Of a stretch of 49,309 bases of DNA, positions 18,325-28,063 are shown in pieces. The DNA comes from Thermovirgaceae bacterium (GTDB lineage Bacteria; Synergistota; Synergistia; Synergistales; Thermovirgaceae), in assembly GCA_046542505.1 (NCBI GenBank), contig JBKHBH010000007.1, positions 1-49,309 of the forward strand, given 5' to 3'. Within the stretch, counting starts at the first letter, position 1. Every line of letters starts with the position of its first letter. The position numbers and the translations under genes were made by a program. The notes under the pieces are model-generated. The model was not told the DNA's origin. It searched no databases and saw only the letters and a program-made list of their open reading frames with translations.

Positions 18325-20217
18325 TTATCCCTCGTTGAAATCTGCGTCCACCACGTCTTCGTCGTTTCCGCCGGAATCTTCCGTCCGGGGTTCTGAAGCA
18401 GACTGGTCGCCCGAAGTCTTTTGCTGCCTGTACTTCGCAAGCTGTGCCATCATTTCACCGGTCTGCTTCGTCAGATCCTCAAGTCTGGATTTTTCCGCCT
18501 CGTTCTTGATGGCTTCTTTCGCATCATCTACCAGTCGTCCGGCCTTTTCTTTTTCCTCTGCCGGCATCGCTTCACCAAGCTCTTCCACATCCCGCTCGAG
18601 CTGGTAGCTCGAGGTTTCGAGAGCATTTCTGGCTTCGACCCATTCCCTCTTCTTCTTGTCCTCTTCCGCATGCTGTTCCGCCTCATGAACCATGCGGTCG
18701 ATCTCCTGCTCGTCAAGGTTGGTCGAATTCGTGATCTCGATTTTCTGTTCCTTGCCGGTGTCGCGATCCTTCGCGGAAACGTTGAGAATTCCGTTCGCAT
18801 CAATATCGAAGGTTACTTCAATCTGTGGCACACCTCTGGGTGCAGGCCTGATACCCTCCAGCTTGAAATTCCCGAGCTTCCTGTTGTCCCCGGCCATCTC
18901 TCGTTCTCCCTGGAGGACGACAACATCGACAGCAGGTTGGTTGTCCTCGGCCGTCGTAAAGACCTGGGACTTTTTCGTCGGAATCGTGGTATTTCGCTCT
19001 ATGATCTTCGTCATGACGCCACCAAGGGTCTCAATTCCCAGAGACAGGGGCGTGACATCCAAAAGAAGCACGTCCTTGACTTCACCCTTGATGATGCCCG
19101 CCTGGACCGCGGCACCGACGGCGACGACTTCATCGGGGTTCACGCTCATGTTGAGCTGCTTCCCTCCGGTCAATTTCTTCACCAGTTCCTGGACGGAAGG
19201 CATTCTCGTCGCCCCACCCACGAGGATAATCTCGGAAATATCCTTTTCCTCGAGCTTCGCGTCCTTCAGAGCCTGCTTCACAGGACCTTCGCAGCGTTTC
19301 ACCAGATGGTCCGTGAGCTGGTCGAACCTGGCCCTCGTCAGCGTCATGTTCAGGTGCTTCGGCCCGTTGGAATCAGCCGTGATAAAGGGCAGGCTGATCT
19401 CCGTGCTCGACCGGGAAGACAACTCGCACTTGGCCTTTTCAGCCGCCTCGTAGAGACGCTGCAGCGCCTGGCGGTCATTACGGAGATCTATCCCCTGTTC
19501 TTTCCGGAATTCATCGGCCATCCAGTCGACGACACACTTGTCGAAATTGTCGCCACCGAGGTGCGTATCGCCGGCTGTCGCACGGACCTCGCACAATCCT
19601 TCGCCGACTTCCAGGATGGACACGTCAAAGGTACCGCCACCAAGGTCAAAGACCATGACGACCTCGTTTTCCTTCTTTTCCATCCCGTAGGCGAGGGCGG
19701 CGGCTGTCGGCTCGTTGACGACGCGCAGTACGTTGAGTCCCGCTATCTTCCCTGCGTTTTTCGTCGCCTGCCGCTGGGCATCGTTGAAGTAGGCAGGCAC
19801 GGTAATGACCGCATCGGTGACCTTCTCCCCAAGGTATGCTTCGGCGTCGTCAGCCAGCTTGCGCAGGACCATGGCACTGATCTCTTCAGGGGCATGCTCC
19901 TTGCCGCCGGCGACGACCCGAACCGAATTGTGAGGTCCTTCGACAACCTTGTAGGGGACGATCTTCATTTCCTCTTCGACTTCATTATAGTTGCGTCCCA
20001 TGAACCGCTTAATGGAATAGACCGTTCCTTCAGGGTTCAGCACGGCCTGGCGTCTTGCAAGGGTCCCTACCAGACGTTCCCCGTTTTTCGCAAAGCCGAC
20101 GACTGAAGGTGTCGTCCGTCCCCCTTCGGTGTTGGTGATAACCGTCGGGTGTCCGCCTTCCATGAAGGCAACGACGGAATTGGTTGTTCCAAGATCAATT
20201 CCTACTGTGCGACCCAT
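18325..20217 (-). CDS. dnaK: Hsp70 chaperone DnaK
   Basis: [51 protein letters not shown] before ATG 20217. Confidence 0.97.
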   Translation of the reverse strand: MGRTVGIDLGTTNSVVAFMEGGHPTVITNTEGGRTTPSVVGFAKNGERLVGTLARRQAVLNPEGTVYSIKRFMGRNYNEVEEEMKIVPYKVVEGPHNSVRVVAGGKEHAPEEISAMVLRKLADDAEAYLGEKVTDAVITVPAYFNDAQRQATKNAGKIAGLNVLRVVNEPTAAALAYGMEKKENEVVMVFDLGGGTFDVSILEVGEGLCEVRATAGDTHLGGDNFDKCVVDWMADEFRKEQGIDLRNDRQALQRLYEAAEKAKCELSSRSSTEISLPFITADSNGPKHLNMTLTRARFDQLTDHLVKRCEGPVKQALKDAKLEEKDISEIILVGGATRMPSVQELVKKLTGGKQLNMSVNPDEVVAVGAAVQAGIIKGEVKDVLLLDVTPLSLGIETLGGVMTKIIERNTTIPTKKSQVFTTAEDNQPAVDVVVLQGEREMAGDNRKLGNFKLEGIRPAPRGVPQIEVTFDIDANGILNVSAKDRDTGKEQKIEITNSTNLDEQEIDRMVHEAEQHAEEDKKKREWVEARNALETSSYQLERDVEELGEAMPAEEKEKAGRLVDDAKEAIKNEAEKSRLEDLTKQTGEMMAQLAKYRQQKTSGDQSASEPRTEDSGGNDEDVVDADFNEG

Positions 20218-20253
20218 GTCAAAACCCTCCCATAGGGAAATCATCGAATATGT

Positions 20254-20310
20254 GTTGACCTATTTTGACCAATACGATGCCTATTATAGAGGTCAGTAAA
20301 GATCAGGCAA
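20254..20310 (-). promoter_or_regulatory. dnaK promoter with CtsR-type direct heptad repeat
   Basis: Minus strand TTGCCT-N16-TATAAT (20310-20283), then GGTCAAA-ATA-GGTCAAC (20270-20254). Confidence 0.65.
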
Positions 20311-20467
20311 GTTTCACAAAGACAAAGAACGTGACATATTACGGATTTTGGGTGTATCCCACCATTTTTCGGGAAATTTTACCCGCATTCTTTTTAAAAA
20401 CAAAAAAGGGAGGGGATTTCCCCTCCCTGGTCCTGGTCTTGCCATTTTTTCGTGTTACTGCGAAGTC

Positions 20468-20896
20468 TTACTCTGATTTCCCGAAATTGTCCAGAGCCTG
20501 TTCAAAATGCCACCGGGCGATCTCGTTGCGTATTTCCTGTGATTTCAGGAAAAGCTCTCTCGCCTTGTCCACGTCAGGTTCTTCCTCGGTCAGAGCCAGC
20601 CGCATTTCCAGGTGAGTCCTCTGGAGGACCGTCAATTTTTCAGTGACTTCAGCCGGCAGTTCCACCCGTGTATCGGCATCATGTCTCCAGTTTCCCCGCC
20701 GCTGGGGCCTCTGACGGTTGTCCTGACGGCTCCCGTCCGAATCCGCCCACATCATTCTCGGACCGAAACACTGGAAACGGTCACCCCAGTTACCTGCCGC
20801 CCTTCCCTTGGCAGGCCCTCCATACGCAAAGGCCGAAACAGAAAAGACCATGACTCCGGCCAACGCCAAAAGTACAACCTTTTTACCCATGCTCAT
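20468..20896 (-). CDS. exported Spy/CpxP/ZraP-like helical protein
   Basis: Signal peptide (VSAFA), Gly/Met-rich linker, helical C-terminus LEMRLALTEEEPDVDKARELF; followed by a terminator at about 20403-20428. Confidence 0.6.
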   Translation of the reverse strand: MSMGKKVVLLALAGVMVFSVSAFAYGGPAKGRAAGNWGDRFQCFGPRMMWADSDGSRQDNRQRPQRRGNWRHDADTRVELPAEVTEKLTVLQRTHLEMRLALTEEEPDVDKARELFLKSQEIRNEIARWHFEQALDNFGKSE

Positions 20897-20980
20897 CCAC
20901 CTCCGGATATCTTGTCACTGCATTTCTCGTTGTTACGACCAAGAGAATACCTCTAGATACCCTGGGTGGTATGAGTAAAA

Positions 20981-22540
20981 CTACTGATTTTCCCCTTCCG
21001 CCTTTTTGCCCGAAAGGACGCCAAAGACCCTTGAAGAGATCTCTTCAAGTGGAACAAGCTCCTTGCACCCGTCGGGCATCCTCAGCTCCGCCTTCCCTTC
21101 TGAGGCGTCCCGACCGCAGACGACAGTCACCGGCGCGCCTATGATCTCGGCATCGGAAAATTTGACTCCGGCCCGTTCATCCCTTTCATCATGGAGGACA
21201 TCCCCTCCGGCCGCCTCGAGTTCCTTCACTATTGCCAACGCCGCGTCGACGGCGTCCTGGTTTTTAAGGGAAGCCACGATCACGGAAACATCAAAGGGGG
21301 CAAAGGAAACCGGGAAGGGTCCTTCCGCAGGGATCAGCCCCAGACAGGCCGCATCAAGATCAATACGGCCGGACCATGAGAAAGGTCGTTTCTTCGTTCC
21401 ATCGGTAGCCTGGAAAGAAACTTCTGATTCTTCCGAAAGGGAAGATTCGGGCACGATCGCCCAGGCGAAGCAAGCCAAGGCCGTGCTCTCGAGGGGAGCG
21501 CCACATGCAGGGCATGGACGGTCCATTTCGAAACAGATGATATCTTCAACACTGGTGGCGGTGAAATCCCTGCCCCAGCAGACATTGGCCAGGTGCCGGC
21601 CCGGCTCGTTCGCTCCTGTGACAATATTTACGACCCCTTCCACATGCCTGTCGGCAATGACTTTCAACCCCTTCGGCAGGCCGACGGGGCCGAGATAGCC
21701 GGCGAGATCACCCACGGTCTCCCTGATTTCCAGAGGGTCGGCAAATCGCAGAGACGGAACCCCGAGGACGTTTTTGACCTTTGTCTCACTGATTCTGTGG
21801 TCCCCTCTGACAAGGACGACGAAGATTTCCTTGCCTCCTTCTCCCTCCGCTGCGTAAAACATGGTCTTCAGGGTCTTTTCGGGAGGGACGTCAAGCTGAC
21901 TGCACAGTTCGGCTATCGTGTCCGCTCCCGGGGTGTCGACAGGTTCAGGCTTTCCCGGTGTTCCTTCGCTCTCCGGAAAAGGGCTGCCCACAGGAGAATT
22001 TTCGTCTCCGCACCAGTGGCAGAAGGTGCATCTGTAACCTGCCCGGGAGAAGGGGACAGTCTTCTTGACGGGAATTGCCAGGAATTTTTCCCGCCCCCTT
22101 TCCGAAATCGTTTCTCCCGAAAGAGCGTCTTGTCTTTCCGTCGAAAACACCTGGCGGAGCTTTTCGAGCAATTCCGAAACCCTGTCCGACGCGGTGACTC
22201 TATCCTCTTCGACGGCACTAAGTTCGAAACCGTCGCCGCAGGCCTGATAAAACAACAGCGGCAGATGACGATAACTCTTGATGTATCCCGCCAGAACCGG
22301 TATCAGCTTCTTTTCGAGGTCGTCGAAACGAACTCCCTGGAACCCCGCGGACTGGAGCGCCTCCTCCGCACGATTACCTGATTTCCTCCAGAGGCGCTTT
22401 CCCAAAGGGAAAAGACAGAGCGTTTCCTGCACTTCTGGGGGAGCGACGTATCCGCCCCTGATCAACCGCTGGAGAGCGGGATCGGAAACCCCCTTGGGTT
22501 TTTCTTTCATTGTCGGCGCGAAAAGCCGGGACATCTTCAT
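20981..22540 (-). CDS. ProRS paralogue with degenerate catalytic core, intact INS (YbaK-like) editing and anticodon-binding domains
   Basis: ProRS-type N-terminus MKMSRLFAPTMKEKP and YRHLPLLFYQ; motif 2 and motif 3 not recognisable; INS (DTPG, KTMFY, VRGDH, GYLGPVGL, GANE) and DERDERAGVKFSDAEIIG retained. Confidence 0.82.
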   Translation of the reverse strand: MKMSRLFAPTMKEKPKGVSDPALQRLIRGGYVAPPEVQETLCLFPLGKRLWRKSGNRAEEALQSAGFQGVRFDDLEKKLIPVLAGYIKSYRHLPLLFYQACGDGFELSAVEEDRVTASDRVSELLEKLRQVFSTERQDALSGETISERGREKFLAIPVKKTVPFSRAGYRCTFCHWCGDENSPVGSPFPESEGTPGKPEPVDTPGADTIAELCSQLDVPPEKTLKTMFYAAEGEGGKEIFVVLVRGDHRISETKVKNVLGVPSLRFADPLEIRETVGDLAGYLGPVGLPKGLKVIADRHVEGVVNIVTGANEPGRHLANVCWGRDFTATSVEDIICFEMDRPCPACGAPLESTALACFAWAIVPESSLSEESEVSFQATDGTKKRPFSWSGRIDLDAACLGLIPAEGPFPVSFAPFDVSVIVASLKNQDAVDAALAIVKELEAAGGDVLHDERDERAGVKFSDAEIIGAPVTVVCGRDASEGKAELRMPDGCKELVPLEEISSRVFGVLSGKKAEGENQ

Positions 22541-22768
22541 GGCGTACCCTCCCGATGAATCGTTCTTCCCCTGAATAAAGGGGTTTACTGAAGTATAGGG
22601 CATTTGGAGCCCTGTCCTCAAATCTCCCTAACTTGCAGATACTTCCGGTAGCCTGTACTCTTGATAAGAAACAATTCCCGCTGATCCTGACCGCGAACAC
22701 GAAAAGGAGATCAGCTTTTCCCCGGTTCTTTAGACAGACAGAACCAAAATGAGAAAAAAGCGACAAGG

Positions 22769-23308
22769 ATGGTGACAGCAATGGCTTTCAGTCTGGAACC
22801 GGATCTCGTAAAAGGATCAAAACCGGAAGAGACCCTGAAAAACTCCCTGCTGCAGGAACTCATGGAGACCTTGACACAGGCCCAGCAGGAGGAGGTTGTA
22901 GAGGAATTCTTCATTCTTCCCGATTTCGGCTTTGACTTGGCCATCTTCGTTCTCAAGGAGGGCATCCTGCGTAGCCGCTTCCTCAACATGAAGATCTATT
23001 CAGGGTCCCGGCCAAAGACCGTTGACATCGGAGACCAGAAAGGGTCGGGAAACGAAATGGAACTTCTCCTTCTGAACAAGAGCAGGATCGCCATGGCCGA
23101 CGGGGCATTCCGATGGATCCTCTGCGACATCACAAAACAGAAGGGCAACAGGCGTTACAGCATTTTCTCCCCGGAACAGGCAAAAGAAGGCCTCTTCGGC
23201 GGTCTCAACAAGAAGAAGCAAAACAGCGTCAAGATGGGAAGTGTCATGACCTTTCCCCTGACGTGGGATACTCTTTCCGAACATATCCTCTCTTTCCTCA
23301 CGTCCTGA
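22769..23308 (+). CDS. hypothetical protein, possible PD-(D/E)xK-like fold
   Basis: 179-aa ORF with genome-like codons (start may be 22781); PDFGFD...FLNMK pattern. Confidence 0.7.
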   Translation: MVTAMAFSLEPDLVKGSKPEETLKNSLLQELMETLTQAQQEEVVEEFFILPDFGFDLAIFVLKEGILRSRFLNMKIYSGSRPKTVDIGDQKGSGNEMELLLLNKSRIAMADGAFRWILCDITKQKGNRRYSIFSPEQAKEGLFGGLNKKKQNSVKMGSVMTFPLTWDTLSEHILSFLTS

Positions 23309-23310
23309 AG

Positions 23311-23835
23311 ATGGATCCCCTAGCGCTGCTCTCGCGGCTTTTCAAAAAAAACCGGCCGCCCATTTCCCCGGAAGAGATATCCGCGAGGGCGGCAGATCTC
23401 GACAGTTATATCGAGTCAAGCCGCGGGAAAAGACTTCTCGTGTTCGACCCCCCTTTTTGGGGCTTCCATGACATCTTCATCGACAAGGACCTCCGCCATG
23501 CCTTGGTCTCCCTGAAGAAAACGAAAGAAGCCTTTGTCTTTACCGGGGATACCAGGGGCGCCCGCCGGGTCAGGAAATATTCACATGAAGCCATGCTCGA
23601 ATCGGAGGAATCCCTTGAGGCAGGAATGCTGGAATGGATTATTTACGACGACTTCGTCATCTACCATGGCCCATTCCTTCCGGTCGCCAGTTCGTCATAT
23701 TACGTCGGCAAAGTTGCCGCCGTTTTCCCCTTCAAAAAAACCATCGATGATGAATGGGAACGAAAGGTCATTCCCACATTGCGCAACTGGTACGAACAGC
23801 ACGACAGAAAAGGAAAAAGACGAAAGAAAAGGTAG
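23311..23835 (+). CDS. hypothetical protein (174 aa)
   Basis: ATG 2 nt after the upstream TGA; MDPLALLSRLFKK...; genome-like codon usage. Confidence 0.7.
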   Translation: MDPLALLSRLFKKNRPPISPEEISARAADLDSYIESSRGKRLLVFDPPFWGFHDIFIDKDLRHALVSLKKTKEAFVFTGDTRGARRVRKYSHEAMLESEESLEAGMLEWIIYDDFVIYHGPFLPVASSSYYVGKVAAVFPFKKTIDDEWERKVIPTLRNWYEQHDRKGKRRKKR

Positions 23836-24223
23836 TGTCTTTTCCCTCTTTTTGGAAAGCGGTCCACGCCCTGTATTGCCGTAATTCCTCGAGTATAATA
23901 AATATTAAGGACAATCTTTCCCAAGGCAACTACCCTGCACCTTTATGGACAGGTGATACTTGTGATCGTGGCAGACCTTCTCAAGAAAACAGTTTTTCCC
24001 GATTTCAGGCTGCGCGGGTTTCAGGCCTCCTTTCGGCGGTCACCCGCAAGTTTGTCATTCCTGCCGGCCGCAATGGGTCCTTTTCTACCGGGAGCAATTG
24101 TATGCGACAGTACCCGGAAAAGATTTGTCACATCTTTACAAATATTCCCTCTTCTCAATGTCACCCCGAAACCAGCGGCTTCTACAGCTTTTGTGCACTG
24201 CTTTGGCCAACGGCCGCACATAA

Positions 24224-24259
24224 ACGGCGCCCGGAAGTTAAAAAACTTCCGGGCGCCGT
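24224..24259. terminator. long perfect hairpin downstream of the CoA-transferase gene
   Basis: ACGGCGCCCGGAAGTT-AAAA-AACTTCCGGGCGCCGT. Confidence 0.65.
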
Positions 24260-24303
24260 GTCGTGCCGGGTATCAGTGACCTTGCAGGAAAAACCCTTCC
24301 CGT

Positions 24304-25488
24304 TTAAACCACGTCTTTTTCCTTCAAATCCCGTATCTCCTCCGCCGTAGCTTCCGCATATTTCTGCAAGACGGAATCCACATCCGCTCCAAGAACCGGC
24401 GCCGGAGCAAAGTCATCGGCAGGTGTTCCGCTCAACTTGACGGGACACCCGGGCATTTTGACTTTTCCCGCCACGGGGTGCTCCACGTCGACTATCATTT
24501 TGCGCGAAAGAACCTGCGGATCAGTAACCAGTTGCTCGATGTTGTTGATTGGACCACAGGGAACGCCAACCTCTCTGAGTCTTGCGAGCCATCCTTCAGT
24601 GCTGTCTTTCGACATGATTTCTTCGAGCTGGGGCTGGAGTTCTTCCCAGTTGGCGTTTCGGCCGTCGTTTGTGTCGAAACGGGGATCCTCCGCCAGTTCA
24701 GGTCGGCCGACGAGCTCGCTGAACCGCTTCCAGATGGCGTCGTTCCCGACGGCTATATTGATGAAACCATCGGTCGTATGAAACGTCGCGAAGGGGGCGA
24801 TCGACGGGTGTCGATTACCGATGGGAACAGGAACTTCTCCGGTTACGAAATACCGGGAAATGGCATTCTCAAGGATGGAGACCTGGCTGTCGAGCATGGA
24901 AACGTCCACTTCCTGCCCTTCTCCGGTGCGATCACGATGGCGCAAGGCGGCAAGAATGCCGATGGCGCAGAAAGTGCCCGCGAAAATATCGGCGATGGAG
25001 CTGCCCACCTTCGTGGGATGATCCTCGTCAGGGCCTGTTATGCTCATGATTCCTCCCATACCCTGAAGGATGAGGTCGTAGGCGGGAAGCTGCGAGTAGG
25101 GGCCTGTATGCCCGAAACCGCTTGAAGAAGCGTAGACCAGGCCGGGATTGATCTTTTTCAGGGCTTCATATCCCAGACCAAGCTTCTCCATGACGCCCGG
25201 GCGGAAGTTCTCGACGACCACATCAATGTTTTTGATCAATCGCTTGACGATGTCGCCCGCCGCAGGATCCTTGAGGTTGAGGGTAATACTTTTCTTGTTG
25301 CGGTTGATGCTCATGAAATAGGCGCTCTCCTCACCGACGAAGGGGCCGAAGTGGCGAGAGTCGTCGCCCGTACCGGGGCGTTCCACCTTTATGACCTCGG
25401 CCCCCAGGTCAGCCAGCATCATCGTGCAAAAGGGGCCTGCGAGAACACGGGTAAAGTCGAGAACCCTGATTCCTTCCAAAGCCTTCAT
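24304..25488 (-). CDS. class III CoA-transferase (CaiB/BaiF/Frc family)
   Basis: LEGIRVLDFTRVLAGP, LADLGAEVIKVE, NRNKKS, ENFRPG, catalytic D in ADIFAG. Confidence 0.93.
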   Translation of the reverse strand: MKALEGIRVLDFTRVLAGPFCTMMLADLGAEVIKVERPGTGDDSRHFGPFVGEESAYFMSINRNKKSITLNLKDPAAGDIVKRLIKNIDVVVENFRPGVMEKLGLGYEALKKINPGLVYASSSGFGHTGPYSQLPAYDLILQGMGGIMSITGPDEDHPTKVGSSIADIFAGTFCAIGILAALRHRDRTGEGQEVDVSMLDSQVSILENAISRYFVTGEVPVPIGNRHPSIAPFATFHTTDGFINIAVGNDAIWKRFSELVGRPELAEDPRFDTNDGRNANWEELQPQLEEIMSKDSTEGWLARLREVGVPCGPINNIEQLVTDPQVLSRKMIVDVEHPVAGKVKMPGCPVKLSGTPADDFAPAPVLGADVDSVLQKYAEATAEEIRDLKEKDVV

Positions 25489-25630
25489 TACAAATCACCT
25501 TCCCTGGAATCGATGCGTATGAACTGCAATGGTAACGTCATGTGTCATTTTACCCGCCAGGGAAGGTATCGAAACTGTAACATCCTGACATGAAAAGCCC
25601 CCGGCCGTTGGCAGTTCTGCAAAAAACTCT

Positions 25631-26971
25631 CTACACACCTTCGTCGACAATGGAAAGCACCTCGTCGAGGATGGCAAGGGCTTCGATGATTTCATCTTCC
25701 GTAATGATCAGGGGCGGAGCCACTATAAGGATGTTCTCGTGACTGTAATTCCAGAAGCCTCGCTCCTTGAGCATACCCAGAATGCCCGGCATGATTCCTT
25801 CGGGATCCTTCCCGTAAGGGACTAGAGGCTCCCTGGTCGTCTTGTCTTTGACAAGTTCGACAGCCCCGAAAAGTCCAATGGCCCGGACCTCTCCGACAGA
25901 GGGATGGGCTCCCATGAGCTTCTCCAGCTCTTTCTTGAAAAACACGCCTCTCTCCCGCGCCTTTTCGATCAGGCCTTCATCCTTGTAGACATCGATAGTC
26001 GCCACGGCGGCGGCGCATCCGACGGGATGGCCGCTGTAGGTCAGGCCGCACATGAGGGGATTGTCGTCAAAGTGCCTGGCGATCTGTTCATTGACGATCA
26101 CTCCACCCAGCGGGACGTACCCGCAGGTAACGCCCTTGGCGAAAGTGATAATGTCGGGTTTCACACCCCAGTTGTCCACGGCAAACCACTGACCTGTCCG
26201 GCCCCAGCCGCTCATGACTTCGTCGCATACCAGGAGGACGCCGAATTCGTCGCAGAGTTCCCGCACGCCCTGAAGATATCCCTCGGGCGGTATGATGACA
26301 CCGTTACTGCCGGTGACGGTCTCGAGGAAGATGGCGGCCACGTTCCCGGGACTCTCGTATTCGAGCTGTTCCCGAAGCTGTCCAATATAATAGGATGTGG
26401 CTTCGGCCTCCTTGCCAAAAGCCACGGGGGCGCGGTACAGATAGGGATCGAAAAATTTGACGAACCCCGGTATCCCAGGCTCGCTCGGGAAGCGTCTCGG
26501 TTCTCCCGTCAGGTTTGCGGCACCGTAACTGGCTCCGTGATATGAGCGGTATCGTGAAAAGATCTTGTTCCGTCCCGTTACCATCCGGGCTATCTTGATC
26601 GCGTTTTCGTTGGCTTCCGCTCCGGCATTTGTAAAAAAGACCTTTGCCATGCCTTCCGGCGCAACTTCCACAATCTTTCTCGCCGCTTCCGCCCGGACAT
26701 CCACCGCAAAAGGCGGCGCGAGGAAAGCAAGGGTGTCAACCTGACGCTTGATGGCGTCGGCAATCTTTTTGTTGCCATGGCCGACGTTCATATTGACGAG
26801 CTGCGACGACATGTCGTAGTAGCGCTTGCCCGAGGCATCCCAGAAATAAATGCCTTCGGCTTTGGTCACGTGAACAGGTTTCAGGCCTTTCTGGCGGGCC
26901 CAGGAATGAAGATTGTACGTCCTGTCAACTTCCAGGACGCCACCGGTCTTGTCATGTTTTTGATCTGTCAT
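25631..26971 (-). CDS. class III PLP-dependent aminotransferase (taurine/beta-alanine:pyruvate-like)
   Basis: GAEANENA, SYHG, DEVMSGWGRTG, PLP lysine in TFAKG, GLTYSGHP; GGAGGA RBS before ATG 26971. Confidence 0.92.
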   Translation of the reverse strand: MTDQKHDKTGGVLEVDRTYNLHSWARQKGLKPVHVTKAEGIYFWDASGKRYYDMSSQLVNMNVGHGNKKIADAIKRQVDTLAFLAPPFAVDVRAEAARKIVEVAPEGMAKVFFTNAGAEANENAIKIARMVTGRNKIFSRYRSYHGASYGAANLTGEPRRFPSEPGIPGFVKFFDPYLYRAPVAFGKEAEATSYYIGQLREQLEYESPGNVAAIFLETVTGSNGVIIPPEGYLQGVRELCDEFGVLLVCDEVMSGWGRTGQWFAVDNWGVKPDIITFAKGVTCGYVPLGGVIVNEQIARHFDDNPLMCGLTYSGHPVGCAAAVATIDVYKDEGLIEKARERGVFFKKELEKLMGAHPSVGEVRAIGLFGAVELVKDKTTREPLVPYGKDPEGIMPGILGMLKERGFWNYSHENILIVAPPLIITEDEIIEALAILDEVLSIVDEGV

Positions 26972-27054
26972 GAAGTTCTCCTCCCAAAACAAAATACTGT
27001 TGTCCCGTTCCCTCGGGAGCGGGATATTCTGCATACAACGATAACACAGTTTTT

Positions 27055-27966
27055 TTACTTTTCCATGCATTCAGGATCATTTTCCAGATCGCAGGTTTCC
27101 CCGCGGCGTTCCATTTCAAGGGTGGCATGCCCGATACCACTGTCGAAAAGTGTCTTTTTGGCCAGCTTTTTGGCTGCGTAAAGCTCTTCGATAGACGCAT
27201 CACCGGGAAGAACCAGGTGTGCCGTGAGAATCGTCCTCTCGCCGTCGAGGGACCAGACGTGAAGATCATGCACGGAAAGCACGCCCGGGATTTCGGTGAG
27301 AGTCCTCTCAATGTCCTCCAGTCTCACGCGGCCAGGAGTTCCCTGGAGGAAGATCTCGAGAACGGAACTGAGTTTTTTCACCACATTCCAGAGAATGAAG
27401 GCCGAAACGGCCACTGAAAGCAGCGGATCCAGGATATACCAGGGCCTGAATGCGAGAACAATGCTTACGATGAGCACGGCCACCCAGCCGAGAACGTCCT
27501 CAAGAAGGTGCCATGCGGCCATTCTCGCGTTCATTGAGTTCCCTTTCCAGAGCCTGAATGCCGCGAAAGAGTTGACGCCAACCCCGAAAAGGGCGAGCAG
27601 AAACATACCGGTGATATTCGGTGCGTCGGGAGAAAACAGTTTCGGCACGGCTCTCGACAGCACCAGTATCGACCCCGAAACGAGGACGATGGCGTTTATC
27701 AGGGCGGCGAGCAATGAAAACCGCCTGTAGCCGTAGGTAAACCGGCTGTCCCGGCCCTTGTGCGAAACTTTCTGGAGAAACCAGGCCAGGCCAAGACTGA
27801 CGCTGTCCCCGAGATCGTGCACGGCGTCGGACAGGATTGCGACGCTTCCTACAGCGAGGCCGCCGACCAGTTCTATGACGGCAAAGCCCGCATTGAGGAA
27901 AAAAGCCGTACCGAGATGGCCTTCTTCGGTCACATGAGCATGATGGTGATGATGTCCCTCAGACAT
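27055..27966 (-). CDS. cation diffusion facilitator (CzcD/ZitB-like Zn/Co/Cd exporter)
   Basis: His-rich N-terminus, SDAVHDLGD, FTYGYRR, HLLED, VHDLHVWSLD. Confidence 0.92.
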   Translation of the reverse strand: MSEGHHHHHAHVTEEGHLGTAFFLNAGFAVIELVGGLAVGSVAILSDAVHDLGDSVSLGLAWFLQKVSHKGRDSRFTYGYRRFSLLAALINAIVLVSGSILVLSRAVPKLFSPDAPNITGMFLLALFGVGVNSFAAFRLWKGNSMNARMAAWHLLEDVLGWVAVLIVSIVLAFRPWYILDPLLSVAVSAFILWNVVKKLSSVLEIFLQGTPGRVRLEDIERTLTEIPGVLSVHDLHVWSLDGERTILTAHLVLPGDASIEELYAAKKLAKKTLFDSGIGHATLEMERRGETCDLENDPECMEK

Positions 27967-28063
27967 GTCTCGTGGTCCCTCCCGACAAACACATTTTAGG
28001 AATATCGCCTTGCGCTGTACTTGAAGACTCTTTCACGGGTATCATGGATAAGGTGTTTTCCCA

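Noticed and set aside
18421..20106. Long antisense ORFs (561 aa opposite dnaK; also 31649-32935, 34124-35548, 42777-44369)
   Set aside because: Shadows of codon bias in well-supported opposite-strand genes; no RBS or motifs
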